This document shows, in pieces, positions 19,501 to 28,551 of a stretch of 64,000 nucleotides of DNA (the stretch's first letter is position 1; each line of letters opens with the position of its first letter). The stretch covers positions 2,929-66,928 of the forward strand of contig PLYC01000007.1 of NCBI GenBank assembly GCA_003151625.1. The letters run 5' to 3'. Under the pieces are notes generated by a model. That model searched no databases. It was not told where the DNA came from and was given only the letters and a program-made list of their open reading frames with translations. A program made the position numbers and the translations under genes. This stretch comes from Candidatus Doudnabacteria bacterium (GTDB lineage Bacteria > Patescibacteriota > Doudnabacteria > UBA920).

Positions 19501-19603
19501 TTTTGTCAGCCAAATCAGCAAAAGCCTGGAAGTGGAAGTGGATTTTGAAATTCAAAGCCAGATTGAAGGCAAAACTGTTTGGTTGGGGATGATAAAAATA
19601 TAG
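16514..19603 (+). CDS. ileS: Isoleucine--tRNA ligase (type 2)
   Basis: DGPPFATGLPHYGH, GWDCHGLP, WTTTPWTLP, DWNISRNRFW, KMSKS. Confidence 0.97.
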   Translation: MTEEKPQTSSTPNFNNLEKGVLQFWDENKIFEKSLEQTKDNEPYIFYDGPPFATGLPHYGHILGSTVKDSFGRYYTMKGRFVRRVWGWDCHGLPIENIVEQQLKISGKKQIEELGVDKFNQACRENVLRFVDEWGKMVKRMGRWVNFDNSYKTMDTTYMESVWWSLQQIWNKGLIYEDRKVLLYCSRCETPISNFEVAMDNSYRDVTEESVYAKFKMPKGQRIINDLTNDKTFVLAWTTTPWTLPGNTSLNVGADIVYVMIEMENGPARQSPDGSSRMAGGERYILAKERLSVIDGSYETVAEFPGRAIAGLEYEPLYPGVIPSSRNNAEFNAEGRGSNHPEFVGDPAKSHHIYIADFVTTTDGTGVVHNAAMYGEEDYQLAKEKDLPRMDMLDHKGRYLEYLPESLRGVFFKDAEKIVLKELAAKNLVYKTEHYTHSYPHCYRCATPLFYNALPAWFINIQKIKSQLRKLNSEEINWQPEHLKMGRFDKSIESAPDWNISRNRFWATPLPFWKCGNDECKNVICVGSVDELKEKSNNFGQVYPNFNSENLQMTDLHRPYIDQVVVTCPKCADNMKRVPEVVDCWVESGSMPFAELHYPFANQELFKKRFPADFVAEYIGQVRAWYYVMLVVSTIAFEHAPFKNIVTTGNILAEDGSKMSKSKNNYPDPWILIEKYGIDALRFYLLTSPVMNADDVNFSEKGVQEIGRKVNMLVYNVWSFLRLYTKDKFSGELPVSENILDRWIISRLSQVHKQVTGFLDVYDTVRAGKAMTAFIDELSTWYLRRSRDRIKNNDEAAKIALATLAYVLIELSKMLAPFMPFLAEFIYRDLTGQESVHLTLWTVEIAGDNEVVRQKMAFVKDLVESGLSLRKEAGFKVRQPLAEVEYHIKNKDLVLDADFEKLLADELNVKLISNRQDFVAKGGWAYKDTPGFKLQINLELSEDLRQEGLAREIERQIQDLRKKSGLRVGELVDVYYNTQDEKLEEALLKLVDRKKTFVSQISKSLEVEVDFEIQSQIEGKTVWLGMIKI

Positions 19604-19764
19604 AAGCTACCTCAAAATTAGCTTTTGAGGAGAAATTGCGGAATTTTGAGCGGATTGGTTCTTAACAAATTTTGACGTTTAGCCGGAGCTAAGCGGAAAA
19701 ATTTTTAAGACCAAGGCGCCAAAATTACGCGATTTATACCAAAATGGAATTTTGAGATAGCTTC
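19603..19764. mobile_element. ~160-bp hairpin element with GAAGCTACCTCAAAATT/AATTTTGAGATAGCTTC termini
   Basis: Core shared with 10024-10185. Confidence 0.65.
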
Positions 19765-19840
19765 AAATTAATTTTACCCACTATTTCGGTTTTTAGTAAA
19801 AAGTGTTAAAATGAGAATATAATAAGCTAATCATTTTACT

Positions 19841-20593
19841 ATGGATAATGAAATCGATTCGATTATTCCCGAAGACGGCCTAAAGAACCAGCCCCAGGTT
19901 AAGCCAGCCGAGCCAAAAAAAGCTGTTGCCCCAAAGACTATAAAGCCTGTTAAACCCTTGGTTGAAGGCATAAATTCGCCAAAAAATACCCAGGACGTAA
20001 TTTTGGTAAAGAATAATTTAAGCCAAAAAGAAAAAGATCTGCTCACTGAATCACCGTCCTCAAATCAAAGCGCAAACAAGCCGGAACCCAGGCTTATGCC
20101 CGAATCGGTTTCTTTTTCAATAAATAAAAAGAGCCATCATATTGGCAGATGGCTGTTAATTTTTGTGGTGTTATTAATTTTAGTGGCCAGCGGCTATGAG
20201 TTTTATGTTTGGAAGTTGCAGAACGGACAAACTCCAATTGTGGGGCATTATCATCCCGCTGTGCAGGCAACAGAACCATTTCCGTTAGCAGGTGGAACCG
20301 TGCCAACATCTACCTTAATTACGGCAATATCCAGTTCGACACCTTTGGGGATTGCATCCACAACCCCAACATCGACTCCTCCAGCCGAGCCGGTTTTACA
20401 GGTTAAAATATCATCCACGCCCACCGGATTTTTAAACGTTAGAAGCACGCCTTCGCCCTCGGGTAAAGTTGTAACCCAGGTTCACCCCGGAGAGATTTAC
20501 ACTTACACCAAAACACAAAGCGGCTGGTATGAAATAACCTATAGCGGGCTAAATCAAGGATGGGTTAGCGGGCAGTATGTGGTTAAACAATAA
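19841..20593 (+). CDS. Membrane protein with C-terminal bacterial SH3 domain
   Basis: TM segment; TPTGFLNVRS.PS..G...GWYEI...GWVSGQYV. Confidence 0.85.
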   Translation: MDNEIDSIIPEDGLKNQPQVKPAEPKKAVAPKTIKPVKPLVEGINSPKNTQDVILVKNNLSQKEKDLLTESPSSNQSANKPEPRLMPESVSFSINKKSHHIGRWLLIFVVLLILVASGYEFYVWKLQNGQTPIVGHYHPAVQATEPFPLAGGTVPTSTLITAISSSTPLGIASTTPTSTPPAEPVLQVKISSTPTGFLNVRSTPSPSGKVVTQVHPGEIYTYTKTQSGWYEITYSGLNQGWVSGQYVVKQ

Positions 20594-20599
20594 CAAGAT

Positions 20600-20774
20600 T
20601 AGGACTTACGCGTTTGAGGCAAAAATGAACAAAAATTATATCTTGTTGCCTCAAACCACAGGGGGCTTGGCCGATTACTTCGTTATTTTGCTGCGGTTTT
20701 TGTCGACGTAGTCAAACTACGTCTCCAAAAATCCTCGCAAAATGCCTCGTACTCGGCCAATCGCGTAAGTCCTA
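20600..20774. mobile_element. MITE-like element, full length, inverted relative to 11626-11799
   Basis: Same termini and interior; flanked by AAGATT on both sides (possible target duplication). Confidence 0.85.
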
Positions 20775-20786
20775 AGATTATAAATT

Positions 20787-21749
20787 CTAACTTAATTCAG
20801 GAGAGCTTTTACTAAAAGCTTTCCTGGATTTGTTTTTAATTAGAGTTGTAATGCCGCGCCAATCTGTTAATAGGCCGTAAATAGCATAAACATAAATTGA
20901 TGCTATCACGATATCAAAAAAATAATGTTCCCCCAGGTACATAACCGCTAAAAACATTGTTAGCGGATAAATAAAAAATACCAAACCCCATTTGGGGAAT
21001 TTTTTATAAAAAAATAGGGCTGTCATTAGCGGGTAGGCCGCGTGTAGGGAAGGAACTGCCGCCACTAAATTTGCTCCTACATAATTATACACAGTGGGCA
21101 AATTAATGGGGTGGGCAAAATGCGCCAGGGTTTGGTCTAAAATGTGAGCGACAGGCGGCAAAAAATTCTGCTGGGCTGCCATCCAAGGCGGCATGGCGGG
21201 GAAAAGGTAATAGGTAATAAAAGCCAAATAGGAAACTAAAATAATTCCGGTAGTGTAGAGCTTGAAGATTTTTTTATCAATAAACCAAAAAAGCAACGCT
21301 ACAAACAGCGGAATTATAAAATGCAAAAAATAAAGTACTGCGGCGACGTTGTCGTACCAGCTTATAGTCCCATTTAAAAAGAAATGCTGTTGTAGCCAGA
21401 GTGTGGGCACATTGCCAAAAAATATTGCTTTATCAAAATAAATCATGGCTCGGATATGAGCTTTCCCCCCGGCCAGGGGAACCAGCCCCCGCAGGTAGTC
21501 ATAGCCCAGAATTAGCATTATGGGAGGAAGCCAATCCCAAAAAAATGCCCAGGCTTTGCCGGCAATGAGCATGGCAACAAAGACAAAAACAAAAAAACGA
21601 TCAGGAGAAAAAAATTCCTGATGCCAAATCATAAAAGCCGTAATTATGCCCAAGTAAATAAAAGTTGCAACAAATACGAGTTTATCGTGTCCACCGGTTT
21701 GCTGCCATTTTTGTTTTGCGATTTTCGCGGTGGAATGGACTTTTCCCAT
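20787..21749 (-). CDS. PAP2 superfamily / AUR1-like (IPC synthase-like) membrane phosphotransferase
   Basis: FPAMPPW, AAVPSLHAAY, YLGEHYFFD motifs. Confidence 0.85.
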   Translation of the reverse strand: MGKVHSTAKIAKQKWQQTGGHDKLVFVATFIYLGIITAFMIWHQEFFSPDRFFVFVFVAMLIAGKAWAFFWDWLPPIMLILGYDYLRGLVPLAGGKAHIRAMIYFDKAIFFGNVPTLWLQQHFFLNGTISWYDNVAAVLYFLHFIIPLFVALLFWFIDKKIFKLYTTGIILVSYLAFITYYLFPAMPPWMAAQQNFLPPVAHILDQTLAHFAHPINLPTVYNYVGANLVAAVPSLHAAYPLMTALFFYKKFPKWGLVFFIYPLTMFLAVMYLGEHYFFDIVIASIYVYAIYGLLTDWRGITTLIKNKSRKAFSKSSPELS

Positions 21750-21932
21750 TATCGGTGAGGGTTAATTGTGTGTCTCCGGAAAAGGCCTCTGGTAAACCGA
21801 GGCCAATGCTTAAGAATACGTATTTAATATTGATTTTGGTGCGGCTTCCGTTAATAAAAAAAGGTCTAAATACGAAACCATGAATTTTTGCGTTTAGTAC
21901 TTAGCTCTCTTTCGTATTTAGTAGAAAATCCG

Positions 21933-22631
21933 TTACTGTAAATACCCTGTCGGATTTAGCCAACCGCTTAAGTCGGTTTGTTTTTGGACGTAGCCTAAAA
22001 TATTAATGGCCGAGCCTTTATGAATGCCAAAATGCAAATGCCGTCTTTCACCATCGGTTTCACTGGAATAGCCGGTTCCTAATACTGCGATTTTTTGCCC
22101 CGATGTCAGGCTATCGCCAGTGTTTGGAATAATGGAAGAAAGCCTTAAGTGTCCGTAAATTATTGTAACATCTTGCCCGTCCAAAACACAAGACTCAACA
22201 GCCACGCCGCCGTAACCCGAAGCATATTTTTTTAGCAATAATTTTCCATTGCAGGCGGCGTAAATTGGGACGTCGCTATTTTGCTCGCTCGGATTGGTTT
22301 CAAAATCTATTCCCGTATGGAAGCCGGTAAATTTTTCGGGTGATATGGGCGAATGTCCCGGGGAAACGTAAAGGCCAAAAGTTTTTTTGGTCACTCTGGC
22401 CAAGCCGCCAGTAATCGGTTCAGAGAGTTGGGGTGTTGTTGACGCAACGGGGCTGGCTGTGGAAACCCTGGGCGTTGAAGTTGTGGTTTGGTTTAAGGAG
22501 GGTGGCTTATTCACTGGCGCAGGCGCAGAAGATTTCGCGCACGAAACCGCTAACAGCGGCAAAGCTAAAATTATTACGCTGAATTTTAATTTAAAAGAAA
22601 TATTCATAATTATGATATAATAATTATCCAC
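21933..22631 (-). CDS. M23 family metallopeptidase, probable lipoprotein
   Basis: HTGIDF, YGHL, HLHFG motifs; LAVSC lipobox-like. Confidence 0.9.
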   Translation of the reverse strand: MDNYYIIIMNISFKLKFSVIILALPLLAVSCAKSSAPAPVNKPPSLNQTTTSTPRVSTASPVASTTPQLSEPITGGLARVTKKTFGLYVSPGHSPISPEKFTGFHTGIDFETNPSEQNSDVPIYAACNGKLLLKKYASGYGGVAVESCVLDGQDVTIIYGHLRLSSIIPNTGDSLTSGQKIAVLGTGYSSETDGERRHLHFGIHKGSAINILGYVQKQTDLSGWLNPTGYLQ

Positions 22632-22675
22632 CTGTTGAATAATTATAATGATAAATTTTAATTAAGGATACCCAT

Positions 22676-23422
22676 ATGACAAAAAATATTGCTTTAACTT
22701 CAGAGTTCGGGGATTTTAACGCTTATCTTAGCCTGCCGGAAAAAATAGAAAAACTTCCGGGAATTATTTTAATTCACGAAGTTTGGGGATTGGGCGATCA
22801 TATTAAGGAAGTATCGGATCGTTTTGCCGCCCAGGGTTACGCGGTTTTGGCCCCGGATTTGCTTTCTCACACCGGCATTACAGAAAAAATCGACCAAACT
22901 ATTTTAAAAGAAGTTCATAATCCGGCAACCAGGGACGAGGCACAGAAAAAAATGCGCGCTGCCATGGCGCCTATTATGGTGCCGGAGTTCGGGCGGCAGA
23001 CTTTAGAAAAAATCCAAAGCTGTTTTAAATATCTGCGGTCGCAGGATTTTGCCAGCGGCAAAGCGGCGGTTTTGGGTTTTTGTTTTGGGGGAACATACGC
23101 GTTTGCTTTGGCAACTGTTCAAAGCCAGCTGTCCGCCGCGGTTGTTTTTTACGGCCAAACGCCGGAGCCAGCCGATAAACTCGAAAACATCACCTGCCCG
23201 GTTTTGGCTTTTTACGGTGAAAAGGACGAACGCTTAATCGGTCAGTTGCCGCAGACCCGCAAAGCCATGACAAAATATGGCAAAGATTTTCAAAGCAAAG
23301 TTTATCCCAACACCGGCCACGCTTTTTTTAACAATACCAATCCGGCGACTTACGTAAAATCTTCCGCGCAGGATGCCTGGGAAATGACTTTAAAGTTTTT
23401 GGCTGAAAATCTTATGGTATAA
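22676..23422 (+). CDS. Dienelactone hydrolase family protein
   Basis: HEVWGL, GFCFGG, GHAFFN. Confidence 0.92.
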   Translation: MTKNIALTSEFGDFNAYLSLPEKIEKLPGIILIHEVWGLGDHIKEVSDRFAAQGYAVLAPDLLSHTGITEKIDQTILKEVHNPATRDEAQKKMRAAMAPIMVPEFGRQTLEKIQSCFKYLRSQDFASGKAAVLGFCFGGTYAFALATVQSQLSAAVVFYGQTPEPADKLENITCPVLAFYGEKDERLIGQLPQTRKAMTKYGKDFQSKVYPNTGHAFFNNTNPATYVKSSAQDAWEMTLKFLAENLMV

Positions 23423-23429
23423 TTTAAAT

Positions 23430-24305
23430 ATGCTAATTAGTGAAACAAGAAAAGGCGACCTGGCAATTTTTGGCGAGGCTATAATTTGGGCGCTGTTCCC
23501 AATAATTACAATTCTTTCTTACGCGAATATTGCCCCAATAGCATCACTGGCTTGGAGCAGTGTTTTTTTAGTTGCATTTTTTAGTTTTATTGTCGCGGCC
23601 AGAGGTAAAATCGGAGAAATTTTTATTCCCGGGGTCTGGAAATACATCCCCCTAATCACCATATTTATTAGCATTTTGTATTACAGCCTGTATTACGTTG
23701 GCTTAAAATACACAACGGCAGGGGATGCCAGCATTATAGCCTTAATGGAATTATTTTTTAGTTATTTACTTTTTAATGTTTGGAAAAAAGAATTACTTTC
23801 CGCCAGGCATACCTTTGGCGCCATGCTCATGATTTTAGGGGCGGTGATAATTTTATATCCCAAACAAGGATTGGTTTTTCATGGCGGTGATTTTTTGGTG
23901 CTTTTAGCAACAGCCTGCGCGCCTATTGGGAATTTTTACCAGCAAAAACTCCGGAAGTTGGTCAGCAGTGAGACCATAGTTTTTTTACGCAGCTTGGGCG
24001 CCATTCCTGTTTTTTTTGTTTTGGCCGCGATACTTAAAGTAAACGCGCCCTTGGTTGCCATTCAAAAATCTTTTTGGTTTTTAGCCTTAAACGGAATTTT
24101 AATTTTGGGTGTTTCTAAACTGCTGTGGATGGAAGGTATCCACCGGATTTCCGTGACCAAAGCCAATGCTCTTTCCAGCATTGCCCCATTATTCACTTTG
24201 ATTTTTGCCTATTTTATTTTGCATCAAGCGCCGACTATTTGGCAGTTAACCGCGTTTATCCCCCTTGCCGGAGGCCTGATTTTGCTTACCGACAACAAAA
24301 TCTAA
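23430..24305 (+). CDS. DMT/EamA family transporter
   Basis: ~10 TM segments, duplicated EamA pattern (GLKYTTA..ASII; GIHRISVTKA). Confidence 0.88.
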   Translation: MLISETRKGDLAIFGEAIIWALFPIITILSYANIAPIASLAWSSVFLVAFFSFIVAARGKIGEIFIPGVWKYIPLITIFISILYYSLYYVGLKYTTAGDASIIALMELFFSYLLFNVWKKELLSARHTFGAMLMILGAVIILYPKQGLVFHGGDFLVLLATACAPIGNFYQQKLRKLVSSETIVFLRSLGAIPVFFVLAAILKVNAPLVAIQKSFWFLALNGILILGVSKLLWMEGIHRISVTKANALSSIAPLFTLIFAYFILHQAPTIWQLTAFIPLAGGLILLTDNKI

Positions 24306-24306
24306 G

Positions 24307-24324
24307 TAGGACTTACGCGTCCTA
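24307..24324. repeat. Collapsed MITE remnant
   Basis: TAGGACTTACGCGTCCTA. Confidence 0.55.
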
Positions 24325-24342
24325 AATTCATTAAAATCCACT

Positions 24343-24380
24343 TTGTTGCACTTATGCCCGGCCGAGCATAAGTGCAACAA
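24343..24380. repeat. 38-bp CGGCCG-centred palindrome
   Basis: TTGTTGCACTTATGCCCGGCCGAGCATAAGTGCAACAA. Confidence 0.7.
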
Positions 24381-24424
24381 GACAAAATTTGGATAAAAAA
24401 TCAGTTTTTTGTTATAATTTACAC

Positions 24425-24829
24425 ATGTCCAATAATTACATTGAAAATCGCCCTTGGGGTAACTACGAAATTTTAAAGGAGTTTGCCGTTAATGAGCCGG
24501 GTTTTAAAGATGTATGTGTAAAGATAATGACTATTAAGCCACGCCAAAGGGTTTCTTATCAGGTTCATAAACAGCGTAATGAGCATTGGTTTTTTGTGCA
24601 GGGCGAAGGTAAGGTTATTTTAAACGATAAAGAAATTCCGGTTAGGGTCGGAAATTTTGTGGATATTAAGATTGGTGATAAACATCGCGTAATTAACACT
24701 GGCAATCAAGTAGATTTAATTTTTATTGAATCCCAAACCGGACACTACGACGAAGACGACATAGAAAGGTTCGAAGATGATTACGGAGGCAGCCGGTCTA
24801 CTCCTTACCGTGGAAAATTTAATTCTTAA
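24425..24829 (+). CDS. Cupin protein, mannose-6-phosphate isomerase type II C-terminal domain
   Basis: RPWG.Y, SYQVH..R.EHW, HR..N, IE.QTG.Y.EDDIERFEDDYG. Confidence 0.88.
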   Translation: MSNNYIENRPWGNYEILKEFAVNEPGFKDVCVKIMTIKPRQRVSYQVHKQRNEHWFFVQGEGKVILNDKEIPVRVGNFVDIKIGDKHRVINTGNQVDLIFIESQTGHYDEDDIERFEDDYGGSRSTPYRGKFNS

Positions 24830-24894
24830 AAACCCTTCAATTGAAGGGTTTTTAATATCTCGATATCTTAGTTTTTTACAATATCTTTGAGCCG

Positions 24895-26022
24895 TTATTT
24901 CACCGGTGAAGGAACGTTAAGTCTCATTTCTTTTTGAACGCTGGGCATTTTGTCTTCGGGAAATTCAAAGTTTCCCCAGCCGTATTTGTCCGGGTCAAAA
25001 CCCTGGCCGCAGGTGGTTTCAATCAAAGCAGTGCAAATTTGGTAAGGGTCTAAGTTTGCGGCCGGGCGGCGGTCTTCAAGGTAGCCGCGGCCTTTGTTGG
25101 CGGTTTCCATTGGGATACGTATGCTGGCGCCGCGGTCGGAAACGCCGTAGCGAAAATCTTTGTAACTGCAGGTTTCGTGCTTGCCGGTTAAGCGCTTATC
25201 GTTATCGGCGCCGTAAACGCGAATATGCTGTTTGGCAAAGCGTCCAAGTTTTTCACAGGCTTGCTTAATAACTTCTAATCCTCCGTGTTCGCGCATAGCC
25301 CTTGTGGAATAGTTGGTATGTCCGCCGGCGCCGTTCCAGTCACCATTCATTGGTTTGGGGTCGAGTTTGGCGTAAGCGTTATATTCTTCACCCAGGCGGT
25401 AAAGTAACCATCGTGTAAGCCAAAGTTGGTCACCGACTTCCAAGGGACCCAAAGGGCCAACCTGGAACTCCCACTGTGCCGGCATAACCTCGGCGTTAAT
25501 GCCGGAAATCATCAATCCTGCCTCTAGGCAGGCTTTCAGGTGAGCTTCGATTAATGGGCGCCCATGGACTTCGTCGTAGCCCACGCCGCAGTAATAGCGC
25601 CCCTGCGGGGAAGGATAACCGCCGGTCGGCCAGCCAAACGGCCAGTCGTTTTTTCCGTAAAGCGTATACTCCTGTTCAATGCCAAACCATGGGTCTTGGT
25701 CTTTAAATTTTTCCGCGACTTGGCTTAAAACGCGGCGGGTGTTGGTTACGTGCGGCGTGCCATCGGCGTTAAGAACTTCGCACATTACCAAAAGGTTATC
25801 GCCTTTGCTAATTGGGTCGGGGATGTAGTAAACCGGTTTTAGCTGGCAGTCGGAAAAATGGCCTTCGGCCTGTTCGGTGGAACTGCCGTCAAATCCCCAC
25901 ATAGGAACGTCTTCCAATTTTCTTACCGGCCCGTTTATTATTTTAGTTTTGCTTCTTAGTTTAGCCGTGGGCTTTCTGCCGTCCAGCCAAATGTACTCTG
26001 CCATAACTTTGCCGTTTGTCAT
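24895..26022 (-). CDS. glnII: Glutamine synthetase type II
   Basis: AEYIWLDG, LRSKTK, FDGSST.QAEG..SD, GINAEVMP.QWEFQVGP, DWNGAG.H, RLTGKHET, EDRRPAAN. Confidence 0.9.
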   Translation of the reverse strand: MTNGKVMAEYIWLDGRKPTAKLRSKTKIINGPVRKLEDVPMWGFDGSSTEQAEGHFSDCQLKPVYYIPDPISKGDNLLVMCEVLNADGTPHVTNTRRVLSQVAEKFKDQDPWFGIEQEYTLYGKNDWPFGWPTGGYPSPQGRYYCGVGYDEVHGRPLIEAHLKACLEAGLMISGINAEVMPAQWEFQVGPLGPLEVGDQLWLTRWLLYRLGEEYNAYAKLDPKPMNGDWNGAGGHTNYSTRAMREHGGLEVIKQACEKLGRFAKQHIRVYGADNDKRLTGKHETCSYKDFRYGVSDRGASIRIPMETANKGRGYLEDRRPAANLDPYQICTALIETTCGQGFDPDKYGWGNFEFPEDKMPSVQKEMRLNVPSPVK

Positions 26023-26437
26023 TTTTCTTTCCTTCCCCCTCCATTAATCGCTGATATTTACGCTGATATGTCGCTGATTCTGAAGTTTAGATTCAGCGTT
26101 GTATCAGCGGTGGTGTTAAAAGCAGCGTTCGTTCAGCGTTTGCAAATAAATAAAACACCTTTTTTGACGGAATTCTCCCGTAAGAAAATTGGTGTTTTTT
26201 TTAACTCTAGTATTTAGTTTTACTTAATTATATTATCAGATTAAATTATTATGTCAAGCCTTAAAATTGGGTTATTTTGTCGAATTTTATAAGTTTTCCA
26301 CAAAGTAAGGGAAAGGGGGCGGCGCAAACCTGATGCTTGTTTGCGTGCCCCCGGGTTGCTGTTTTATTGGGTGCGGTGTGCACGGGGCACCCGTAAAACG
26401 TTGCCGTTGACGGAAGCGCGAACGCTTCGCTGTATGA

Positions 26438-26638
26438 TTAACTGAGAATTCCCGAGTCTCCGCGCGCTCTTTTCGGCGGCTCGATGTGAACGAATGAGCG
26501 AATACGATACCCGCTGATGGGAGTAACCACGTCATTGTCGGGCAGACATCCGATCGTGCGCATAAACGCAGCTAGCCCGTCTTCCGAAGGCGTGCTATCG
26601 GTATATACGCCTCCAAGGACGGGGCCATCACTCATGGG
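26438..26638 (-). CDS. Hypothetical protein in a GC-rich islet
   Basis: MSDGPVLGG... after a GGAAGG-like RBS; overlaps the stop of 26628-26816. Confidence 0.35.
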   Translation of the reverse strand, partial: PMSDGPVLGGVYTDSTPSEDGLAAFMRTIGCLPDNDVVTPISGYRIRSFVHIEPPKRARGDSGILS

Positions 26639-26816
26639 TTCCTTCCTCTTGCGGGCTGAGCGCGCCAAGGTCTGGCACCGGCGCTGCCTGCACGTGGGGC
26701 GGCGGCAGGTACGGACGCATTCTGGTTCCTGCTACAAATTCGCGTTCGAGCGCGTCCGACACATCGCTTCCGGGAAGAATCCCGGAGTAATTATTCGCGG
26801 TCACGTTTTCCTCCAT
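26628..26816 (-). CDS. Hypothetical protein in a GC-rich islet
   Basis: 62-aa ORF; appears translationally coupled to the next ORF. Confidence 0.35.
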   Translation of the reverse strand: MEENVTANNYSGILPGSDVSDALEREFVAGTRMRPYLPPPHVQAAPVPDLGALSPQEEGTHE

Positions 26817-26983
26817 ATCTGGCTTACAGCCAGATTGTTTGAATTATGCAGCCTGGCAGCTGCTTGTGCCTATTGTACGCCAAAGCCAAACTTTTGGTCA
26901 AGTTAAAAAACTGACCCAAAGTGCCTTAGATCAGCGTTTAATCCCTGCCTGCCGCAGGCAGGAGCGTAAATATCTACGTAAAA

Positions 26984-28021
26984 TCAGCGGCTATCAAAAT
27001 GCGTCAACTTTTTGAACTCCGCAAATCGTTTGTTTATATCGCGGGCGGTTATTTCCTGCAGTCGTTTTGTACCTAGCTTTTCCACGGAAAAAGAGGCCAA
27101 AACCGAACCCGCCACGCAGGCGCGTTTGAGGTTTTCCCAGGAAATATTATCTGCCTTTGCCAAATAGCCAAACATTCCGCCGGCAAAGCTGTCGCCCGCG
27201 CCGGTTGGGTCGGTTACGTCCTCCAGGGGAAATCCCGGAAGATGGAAAATTTCAACCCCCCCAAGCCCCCTCTTTTGAAAAGAGGGAGAGCTTCTGAACA
27301 TCAATAATCCGTATTCGCCTTGCTTTATAATCAGCGTCGCATTTTTACCCATCATCCCCATTATATGCTTTGCCCCCTTTACCAAATTGTGTTCGCCGCT
27401 AAGCTGGCGCGCTTCGGAATCGTTTATAATAAAAATGTTAATCTTTTTTAAAACTTCAGCCAACTGTTTTGGCGCTTTTTTTATCCACAAATTCATAGTA
27501 TCCAGCCCGACAAATTTTGGCTTTTTAATTTGAGCCAGCACTTCCAATTGTAGGGAAGGGTGGATATTGCCCAAAAAAACATACGGCGATTGTTTATGTG
27601 CCGCCGATAACTTTGGCTTGAATTGTTCAAATACACCCAGTTTTGTAAATAAAGTGGTACGGTTGTTTAAATCAAAACTGTATTTGCCGCCCCAGGCAAA
27701 AGTTTGGCCGGCAGATTGTTCCAGATCCGATAAATCTATATTTTTGCCGGATAGAATCACCCGATACTTATTAGTAAAATCTTTTCCCACAGCCCCAACC
27801 AAGCTAGGTCTCGAAAAATTACTCGCAGCCAAACAAAAATAGCTCCCGCTACCGCCCAAAGTCTTGTTTACTTTCCCAAACGGCGTTTCTATGCTGTCAA
27901 AAGCCACACTGCCGACAATTAACAAATTTGAAGTTGACCCCGTTAAAGGTCCAGTGCTTTTAGGCACTGGCAATCGCCTTTGGCGATTGACTTTTAACGG
28001 GGTTGACGATTTTTTATTCAT
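26984..28021 (-). CDS. PfkB family carbohydrate/nucleoside kinase
   Basis: VGSVAFD.IETPFG, LGGSG, IND.EA, DPTGAGDSFAGG. Confidence 0.93.
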   Translation of the reverse strand: MNKKSSTPLKVNRQRRLPVPKSTGPLTGSTSNLLIVGSVAFDSIETPFGKVNKTLGGSGSYFCLAASNFSRPSLVGAVGKDFTNKYRVILSGKNIDLSDLEQSAGQTFAWGGKYSFDLNNRTTLFTKLGVFEQFKPKLSAAHKQSPYVFLGNIHPSLQLEVLAQIKKPKFVGLDTMNLWIKKAPKQLAEVLKKINIFIINDSEARQLSGEHNLVKGAKHIMGMMGKNATLIIKQGEYGLLMFRSSPSFQKRGLGGVEIFHLPGFPLEDVTDPTGAGDSFAGGMFGYLAKADNISWENLKRACVAGSVLASFSVEKLGTKRLQEITARDINKRFAEFKKLTHFDSR

Positions 28022-28192
28022 GGTCTAATATTAACATATAATATGAATTTACAAAATTTCCAATCAGCAAACATGTTAATGCCTCTTCCTTTGTGGAAGC
28101 GGCCTGATTGGAATTAATCAATTTTAAGTCTAATTGATTTCATCCACGCCCCTTTCACAGGGGGTGTTTTTGTTTTATCTAGAGGAGGAGAC

Positions 28193-28501
28193 ATGCAATC
28201 GAATGGAATTAAATTGCAAGCAGGTTTGGCCTGTTTGTATTGCAACTATGCCCTCCAGAAAAGGAGGGGATGGGAGCACGTCGATATTTGCCAAAAGGAA
28301 GAGTGTGATCCTCACGGCAGCGGGGATCCCAGGCGGTGCCCAAATTGCGGAAGCGGCCATTTTGTGTTTATGGCCGAGGCAAAAGGCAGCGTACAGTTGC
28401 AGTGTTCGGTTTGCGATTCGTTCTTTGAGTCGCGGCACCTTACTCGGCGGTTGGCCGTTATGATTCCGGACGCTCTTAGTTTATCCGGGGAGCCGCGCTA
28501 A
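28193..28501 (+). CDS. Cys-rich zinc-ribbon protein
   Basis: GGAGGA RBS; CLYC, CQKEEC, CPNC, CSVC. Confidence 0.6.
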   Translation: MQSNGIKLQAGLACLYCNYALQKRRGWEHVDICQKEECDPHGSGDPRRCPNCGSGHFVFMAEAKGSVQLQCSVCDSFFESRHLTRRLAVMIPDALSLSGEPR

Positions 28502-28551
28502 CATTAGCGCTCGTCTCCCCGGGCAACATTTTTTATGATAAAATATAATCT

